From Candidatus Krumholzibacteriia bacterium (GTDB lineage: Bacteria; Krumholzibacteriota; Krumholzibacteriia; LZORAL124-64-63), in assembly GCA_050174015.1 (NCBI GenBank), contig JBFXKG010000007.1, positions 1 through 64,000 on the forward strand: 64,000 bases of DNA. Reading direction: 5' to 3'. Of the stretch, positions 58,336-64,000 are shown piece after piece. The stretch's first letter is position 1. Each line of letters begins with the position of its first letter. The notes under the pieces are model-generated. The model saw only the letters and a list, made by a program, of their open reading frames with translations, made no database searches and was not told the origin of the DNA. The translations under genes and the position numbers were made by a program.

Positions 58336-59538
58336 TCAGAAGGAGATGCCGTAAACGATGACTTCCAGGGGGTCTGCGGCAGCGGCGGATTCCTCCGACC
58401 CGACTGCCTGTTGGCTCAGGAAGGCGTCCAGGGCGCCCACCGTGACCACCACGGTCCCGTCGCGCAGAATGGCCAACCCGTCCTTGTCGGCGTCGAAATC
58501 GCCGGGCAGGCCGACCTGGCGGATCCAGTTCCCCGCGGCGTCGAAGAGGTCCAGGGCGACCCAGCAGCCTTCGGGCGGAGGGGTGATCCCCTCGCTGGTC
58601 TGGACCCAAAGGTTGCCGTCGGCGGTGGCCCACATGCCGGCGACGACCTGGTTCGTGTCCTCGATCGGCGTCCGACGCGGGGGCGTGGGATAGTAGGCGC
58701 CGACGCCCTCGAGGATCTGCCTGGCGATGGTCTTCTGGGCTTCGGTCCGAGGGACGTTGGTGAAGGGCCGCGTGATCACCCGTACCGGCTCGCCGCCACC
58801 CTTGGAGACCTGGATCTCGTAAAGGTCCCGGTCCGGCGCGAAGTAGACCGTGCCGTCGGGACCGGCGGCAATCCGCGACCAGACGAAGTCCATGCCGCCC
58901 TCGGCCAACTCGAAGTCGGCGTAATTGATGGTGTAGACCTTGCCCAGCAGGAGGTGGCGGCGCAGGCCGGTCTGGTCGCAATCGGCGAGGAAGTAGTTCT
59001 GGTTGCTGAGCGCGCCGCCCCCGAAGTCCATGCTGATGCCCGCCAGCAGCAAGCCGTCGGGCAGGGCGAGCCCGCGGGACAGGACCGCGAACTGGCCCTC
59101 GCCCTCCTGTCCGGTGGTGTAGCGGGCTTCGCCGGCGGGCGTCCCGTCCGGGTGAAGCATGACGATCCGGCCGGGAAAGCCCTGCAGGACGCAGACCGTG
59201 CCGTCGGCTGCAACCAGCATGTCGCCGGGCCGGCGCGCCTCGCCGGGTCCGTCGCCTTCGCCGCAGATGGTCCGCAACAGATCGCCCTCGGGCGAGAAGA
59301 CGTGGACCTCGGAGAGCTGGGAATCCAGCAGCAGGATGTTGCCTTCCTTGTCCAGCTTGATCGCGCCCACGTTGCCGAAGAAGACCTCGTCGTCCTCGCC
59401 GCCGGCGCGCCAGCGCTCGGTCACCGTGGCGGAGGTCACCCCGCCGCTGGGCTGGGCGGGGTTGTCGATGCGGACCGGCGCGGCCCAGGCGGCGGCGCCG
59501 ACCGCCAGCAGGAGGGCAAGGGCGAGAATGCGGATCAT
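58336..59538 (-). CDS. Secreted NHL-like 6-bladed beta-propeller protein (paralog 3)
   Basis: Signal peptide; 'WRAGGEDDE…FG', 'GEGDGPGE', 'LQGFPGRIV'; AAGGAG RBS. Confidence 0.8.
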   Translation of the reverse strand: MIRILALALLLAVGAAAWAAPVRIDNPAQPSGGVTSATVTERWRAGGEDDEVFFGNVGAIKLDKEGNILLLDSQLSEVHVFSPEGDLLRTICGEGDGPGEARRPGDMLVAADGTVCVLQGFPGRIVMLHPDGTPAGEARYTTGQEGEGQFAVLSRGLALPDGLLLAGISMDFGGGALSNQNYFLADCDQTGLRRHLLLGKVYTINYADFELAEGGMDFVWSRIAAGPDGTVYFAPDRDLYEIQVSKGGGEPVRVITRPFTNVPRTEAQKTIARQILEGVGAYYPTPPRRTPIEDTNQVVAGMWATADGNLWVQTSEGITPPPEGCWVALDLFDAAGNWIRQVGLPGDFDADKDGLAILRDGTVVVTVGALDAFLSQQAVGSEESAAAADPLEVIVYGISF

Positions 59539-59567
59539 GACAGGCTCCTTGTTCGATTGGATGAGCG

Positions 59568-60770
59568 TCAATCGGTCATCCGATAGCAGACGACTGCCAG
59601 GGGCAGCGGCCCCTCGCCCCCGTCCGATTCCCGGCCGATGCCCCGGGAGGTGTAAAGTGCGTCGGTGTGTTCCTTCACCAGGATCACCAGATCCTCCCCG
59701 GCGAAGAAAACGGCGTCCTCGAGGGCCCGGCCTTCGCATGGCAGCGAGACCTGATGGTCGAACCGGCCCTCGGGGTCGAAGACGTCCCAGAGGGAATGGA
59801 TGCCAGGATCGTCCGGATGCGCCCCGCGACTGGAAAGAACCCAGAGGCGCCCGTCCGCGGCCACGTGCATCTGTACGATATCCCGCTGGGTCGGCTCCAC
59901 TACGACTTCGAGGGCCTGGAGGTTGCGCCGGCCCTGGGGCGTCATCCAGGACCGGGCGGCAGCCAGTTCCTCCGGCGTCCGCTCCAGGGATTCATAGGGC
60001 AGGGTGATCGTGCGCCGGTGCTCCCCACCGGCGGCGAAGGCCTCGATCCGGTATTCGTTCCGTTCGGGGGCGATGTAGACCTCCCCCTCGGGTCCCACCG
60101 CCCAGGTGCGATTGGGGAAGAACATGGCGGCCTCATCCCGCCGCCCCGATGTCGTGTCCATGGTCAGGGTGGCTCGATGGTAGACCGCCCGCTCGTTTCC
60201 GGAAGGATCGAAGGACCCGATGAATCGGGCGGAATGACGGATCGATTCCTCCCGGGTGATCCGGGAACCCGCCAGCACGAGATTTCCCCCCCGGAAGTCC
60301 GCGCCCAGAAGCGTAAATAGCCCGCCCTCGCCGGGGTTTTTCCCGAAGTCCAGTTCACCGGCCGGCAACCCGGAACGGTCGATCTTCACGATCCGGCCGG
60401 GAAAGGTCTGCATCAGTCCCACGGTTCCGTCAGGCAGCAGCAGGACCTCGGAGACCTGCCGGAGTTCCCCCGGACCCTCGCCCTTGCGGCCCAGGGAGGT
60501 GATGAACCGGCCCTGGGAATCGAAGACCTGGACCATGACGAGCTGCGTGTCCAGCAGGTAGACGTTGCCTTCCTCGTCGACGGCCGCGCCGTCGACCAGC
60601 CCCAGGAGGTTGTCCTCGTCCTCGAGGCCGCCGATGCGCCAGAGCTCTTGGAGGGTGACGGACCGCGGAGGATGGACGGGTTCGGGCCCGTTTTTAGCAA
60701 CGGTAGCCGCCGGACCGGCGCTGGTTCCCGAAAACAACAGAAAAAGGAGCAAAGAACGCAAGGCCGTCAA
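59568..60770 (-). CDS. Secreted NHL-like 6-bladed beta-propeller protein (paralog 2)
   Basis: Inferred TTG start after GAGGGG; 'LWRIGGLEDE…LG', 'GRKGEGPGE', 'MQTFPGRIV'. Confidence 0.78.
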   Translation of the reverse strand: MTALRSLLLFLLFSGTSAGPAATVAKNGPEPVHPPRSVTLQELWRIGGLEDEDNLLGLVDGAAVDEEGNVYLLDTQLVMVQVFDSQGRFITSLGRKGEGPGELRQVSEVLLLPDGTVGLMQTFPGRIVKIDRSGLPAGELDFGKNPGEGGLFTLLGADFRGGNLVLAGSRITREESIRHSARFIGSFDPSGNERAVYHRATLTMDTTSGRRDEAAMFFPNRTWAVGPEGEVYIAPERNEYRIEAFAAGGEHRRTITLPYESLERTPEELAAARSWMTPQGRRNLQALEVVVEPTQRDIVQMHVAADGRLWVLSSRGAHPDDPGIHSLWDVFDPEGRFDHQVSLPCEGRALEDAVFFAGEDLVILVKEHTDALYTSRGIGRESDGGEGPLPLAVVCYRMTD

Positions 60771-60852
60771 ACCATCCCCCTCCCGGCGGCGCGCGGCGAA
60801 ACTCGGCGACCCGCTCTCCGGCAGGAAAGCGGGCCGCCAGTATACACGGGAT

Positions 60853-62088
60853 CTAGCGGAGACGATAGCAGATGACCTGCATGGGCTCCGCCTCCTCCTC
60901 GTCCTCGCTGCCGGCGCCCCCGAACTGGCTGAGCGCGGAGTCCCAGAAGCCGGTGACCATGAAGGCGAGGTCGTCCCCGGCGAAGAAGACCATGTCCTCC
61001 TGGGGATCGCCGGGGCAGGTGAGGTTGACCTGGCGGTCGAACACGCCGTCGGCCGTGAACACGTCGTAGTAGGTGAACACACCCTCGGGCGGGGCCCACA
61101 TCGCCCGGCTGTTCAGCACCCAGATCGACCCGTCGTCCGCGGTGCGGATGAACTCGATGTCCGGCTCGGTGTCCTCCCACTTGGCCGGGGCCTGGGGGGC
61201 CTGCTGATTGCGGATGGTCTCCATGATCGTCTGCCAGATGCCCGCGGCCCGCTCGTCGCGGACCCAGGATTCGTACTCCCGGTGAATGATGCGGTCGGGG
61301 GTCCCGTCCGGATTGAAGACGCTGATCTCGTAGGCGTTGCGGGGGACGCCCACCACCACCTTGCCCTCCCGGTTCACGTCGAACCGGCGGTCCACGCCGT
61401 CGACCAGGGCCTTCTCGTCGAAGACCAGATCCTGGAACTTGAACTCCAGGACGGAGGTGGCGTAGGTGTGATCGCGCAGTCCCTCGGGGGTCAGGCTGCT
61501 CAGGAAGGTCTCGCGCTTGACGATGCCCTGGGCCTGGTCGATGTGCTGCTCGGTGCCGCCGGCCACGATGTTGCCGCCGCCCTGGCGCAGGCCGCGCATG
61601 ATGTAGAACGCCCCCTGGGAGGGGTCGCCGAGGGTCCACAGGCCCGCCGGGGTGTTGTCCAGGTTCAGCTTGACCACCCGGCCGGGGAAGGCCTGCAGGA
61701 CGCCGATGGTGCCGTCGGGCAGGAACGCCATGTCGGTGGGGCCGCGGAACTCGCCGGGGCCGTCCCCTTCCTTGCCGATGACGTTGATCTGCTGGCCATC
61801 GGGCGAGAAGACCTTGATCTCCGAGAGCTGGGCGTCCATCAGATAGATGTTGTCGTCGTCGTCGATCAGCACCTTGTTGATGATGCCCAGGATGGTCTCC
61901 TCGTCGTCCCAGCCGCCGATCCGCCACAGTTCTTCCATCTGCGGGGTCTTGACCCCGTTGGCGGGCTCGGAGCCGTTCCACACGTGAAGGACGCCGTCCT
62001 CGGTGGTCTCCCGGGCCGCAAGGGCCGGCAAGGCGAGGGAGAGCAAGAGCAGGGCGGCGGTCATGTGGGGCAATCGCCTGGCAATCAT
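60853..62088 (-). CDS. Secreted NHL-like 6-bladed beta-propeller protein (paralog 1)
   Basis: Signal peptide; 'LWRIGGWDDE…LG', 'GKEGDGPGE', 'LQAFPGRVV'; AAGGAG RBS. Confidence 0.82.
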   Translation of the reverse strand: MIARRLPHMTAALLLLSLALPALAARETTEDGVLHVWNGSEPANGVKTPQMEELWRIGGWDDEETILGIINKVLIDDDDNIYLMDAQLSEIKVFSPDGQQINVIGKEGDGPGEFRGPTDMAFLPDGTIGVLQAFPGRVVKLNLDNTPAGLWTLGDPSQGAFYIMRGLRQGGGNIVAGGTEQHIDQAQGIVKRETFLSSLTPEGLRDHTYATSVLEFKFQDLVFDEKALVDGVDRRFDVNREGKVVVGVPRNAYEISVFNPDGTPDRIIHREYESWVRDERAAGIWQTIMETIRNQQAPQAPAKWEDTEPDIEFIRTADDGSIWVLNSRAMWAPPEGVFTYYDVFTADGVFDRQVNLTCPGDPQEDMVFFAGDDLAFMVTGFWDSALSQFGGAGSEDEEEAEPMQVICYRLR

Positions 62089-62210
62089 GAGGCACTCCTT
62101 TTCGGACGACGGTTGGTCGGGGGAAGGCGATCGGTGATACCCGGCAGGCCGGCCGGTTATTCGGATCCCATCCCGGAATTACGGGACCGGAACGTTCAGG
62201 TTCCGGAATT

Positions 62211-64000
62211 TCAGGGGCCGGACACCGCCCACAGGACCAGGCGGTCGGCCGCCTGGGACAGGCTCAGGCCGCCGCGGACCTCCTGGTTGTCGGCGATGGT
62301 CCATCCCGTCGCCTCCAGTTGACCCAGGATCAGCGGTCCCTGGCCGCCCAGTTCCGCCTCCTGGGGAAAACCCACCCAGGTGACGGGCGTGGGGGGGGCG
62401 GGCGTCAGCTTCCCGGCGATGAAGGCGGCGTCGGCCTGGGGCCAGGGCTCCAGGCGGGTGCCGGCGAAGACCAGCACCCGGGACACCTGGGCGGCCCGGC
62501 TGCGGGCCAGTTCCAGGGCGGCTGCGCCCAGGGCGTCGACGCCCGCGACGGCCGCGGCCGGGGCTCCGAAGTACTCCAGGGCCCAGTCCAGGCAGGCGAC
62601 CGCTTCGGCCACCTGGCCGTCAGGAGTGTTCGCCCCCGGGTCGAGGTGAAGCAGGACGTAGACCGGACGGAAGGATCCGGGGCCCGCGGGCAGGTCGCCG
62701 AATTCGTGGTTCCGGGCGATCCGTTCGATGAGCCGGCCTTCCTGACCGGGGGCGTCCTGCAGGACCAGGACAGGAGTCCGGGCCTTCCCGTCGGCGGGGG
62801 CGAGGTACAGGCTGCTCAGTCGGTCCTTCCCTCCCGGACCGGGATAGACGAAGGTGGCCGGCCCCTGACCGGGCAGGATGGATCCGGTGACCTGGGCCTG
62901 CCGCAGCATGGCCTGCAGGTCCTGGAAGGTGGATGAGGCGGGGCCGGGGTTGCGACGGGTCCGGTGGGCCGCGACCGCATCCTCGACCGCCCCCAGCAGA
63001 AGGTCTCCCGTGGCGCGCTCGCTCGGGGGCAGGGCGTCGATGCGGACGCGCAGGGAATCCTGCCAGCCGGGCCCGAGGTGCAGGACGCTGGTGCTCCAGA
63101 CGGCCTCAGGGCCCGAGGGGAAGGCCAGGTTGGCCTTCATCAGGTAGGCGCCGTCGGCCAGCCGGGAGAAGTCGGCCTGGCGCTGCAGCAGGTTGGCGCC
63201 GGGCCGCAGGGGCACGACCTGGGTCTGGGGTCCGGACGGCAGGACGGACCGCCCGGCCGGATCCAGGAAGTCCAGGCCCAGCAGCCCGGTCCCCTCGGCG
63301 GTGCTGACGGCGGTCAGGTCCAGGTCGAGGGGTTCGGCGCCGGCAATGGAGTCCGACACCTTGCCTGCGAACAGCTCCCGGTCCACCGAATCGAGACGGA
63401 ACTCCAGGGGCGCCAGCCGGTGGCGCGCGGCCGCCGGAGCCCAGGCCCAGGGATCGGGAAGCAAAGCCGCCTTCGGGTAACCCCGCCCGGATCCCTGGCG
63501 GATCATGACGTTGAGGCCCAGCGCGGGATCGACGACCGGATGATACGGCATGAGGCTCGGCCAGGGGATGAGGGCGCTCAGGACGGCGGCGCCGTGGGGG
63601 CCCTTGCCGATCTTCGGATTCATCTCGGCGATCCGCTGCCACCGGCTCTGCTCGCCCAGGAACATGGCGGCGGTGGGGCCGCCCTTCTCCCCGCCCAGGG
63701 CGAAGACGAAGGAGTTGGCGCTGTCGATCTTCCGGTCCCCCTCGGGGACAGAGACGATCACCACGACGCCGGCTCCGCCGGCCCAGGGGGGGGCCGTCTC
63801 CGTGGCGAAGTCGTTCCAGGGATCGGGGGCGGTGATCTCGATCTGCAGGCCGGCGTCGCTCCAGTTCAGGCGAAACTCGGGGCGGGGATCGCTCGTGGCG
63901 CCCGGACCGGGCCGGGTGGGATCCAGGGGCATGGGGTCGGACCAGGCTTCGTGCGCCAGGGTCAGGGCCTTCTCCCGGGACAGCAGGAACAACCGGCTCC
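62211..64000 (-). CDS. Hypothetical protein, probably 5'-truncated by the window edge; CBM9/DOMON-like region plus degenerate alpha/beta-hydrolase-like C-terminus
   Basis: 'FRLNWSDAGLQI', 'ALIPWPSL…LGLNV'; C-terminal 'VAGVDALGAAAL' resembles a nucleophile elbow without Ser. Confidence 0.55.
   Translation of the reverse strand, partial: SRLFLLSREKALTLAHEAWSDPMPLDPTRPGPGATSDPRPEFRLNWSDAGLQIEITAPDPWNDFATETAPPWAGGAGVVVIVSVPEGDRKIDSANSFVFALGGEKGGPTAAMFLGEQSRWQRIAEMNPKIGKGPHGAAVLSALIPWPSLMPYHPVVDPALGLNVMIRQGSGRGYPKAALLPDPWAWAPAAARHRLAPLEFRLDSVDRELFAGKVSDSIAGAEPLDLDLTAVSTAEGTGLLGLDFLDPAGRSVLPSGPQTQVVPLRPGANLLQRQADFSRLADGAYLMKANLAFPSGPEAVWSTSVLHLGPGWQDSLRVRIDALPPSERATGDLLLGAVEDAVAAHRTRRNPGPASSTFQDLQAMLRQAQVTGSILPGQGPATFVYPGPGGKDRLSSLYLAPADGKARTPVLVLQDAPGQEGRLIERIARNHEFGDLPAGPGSFRPVYVLLHLDPGANTPDGQVAEAVACLDWALEYFGAPAAAVAGVDALGAAALELARSRAAQVSRVLVFAGTRLEPWPQADAAFIAGKLTPAPPTPVTWVGFPQEAELGGQGPLILGQLEATGWTIADNQEVRGGLSLSQAADRLVLWAVSGP

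Overview
High-GC bacterial chromosomal window with about 44 real coding genes; no rRNA, tRNA or CRISPR array was seen. Several features suggest an FCB-group lineage such as Ca. Krumholzibacteriota/Latescibacterota (inference): FlgD-Ig/T9SS-like C-terminal domains, a PorV/PorQ-like gene, short [T/S]WxxLKxx[F/Y]R C-terminal tails and a Bacteroides-type sdhCAB. From left to right the window holds: a MacB-like export operon (two adaptors, permease, TolC, no ATPase); manB; a large uncharacterised FMN-TIM-barrel-like protein; a PAS kinase and response regulator; a radical SAM gene; a candidate sigma28-driven small RNA; an M29-like aminopeptidase; a NYN-LOTUS protein with a histone-like tail; an Hpt protein; a ~5.3 kb lower-GC island of secreted proteins (S8 protease); a PLP dehydratase, thioesterase and NRAMP transporter; a papain-family protease; a desaturase; GH109; a secreted SurE; a decayed IS integrase fragment; HypD with its activase; sdhCAB; an amidohydrolase; a methyltransferase; a heme-c chemoreceptor; a CCA enzyme; and a long minus-strand cluster of three paralogous beta-propellers, an adaptor, two RND permeases and a PorV-like protein. 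The best leads for new biology are the sigma28 sRNA, the short C-terminal sorting tail alongside T9SS-like parts, and the propeller/RND/PorV cluster. All family calls come from reading motifs by eye; no searches were run.
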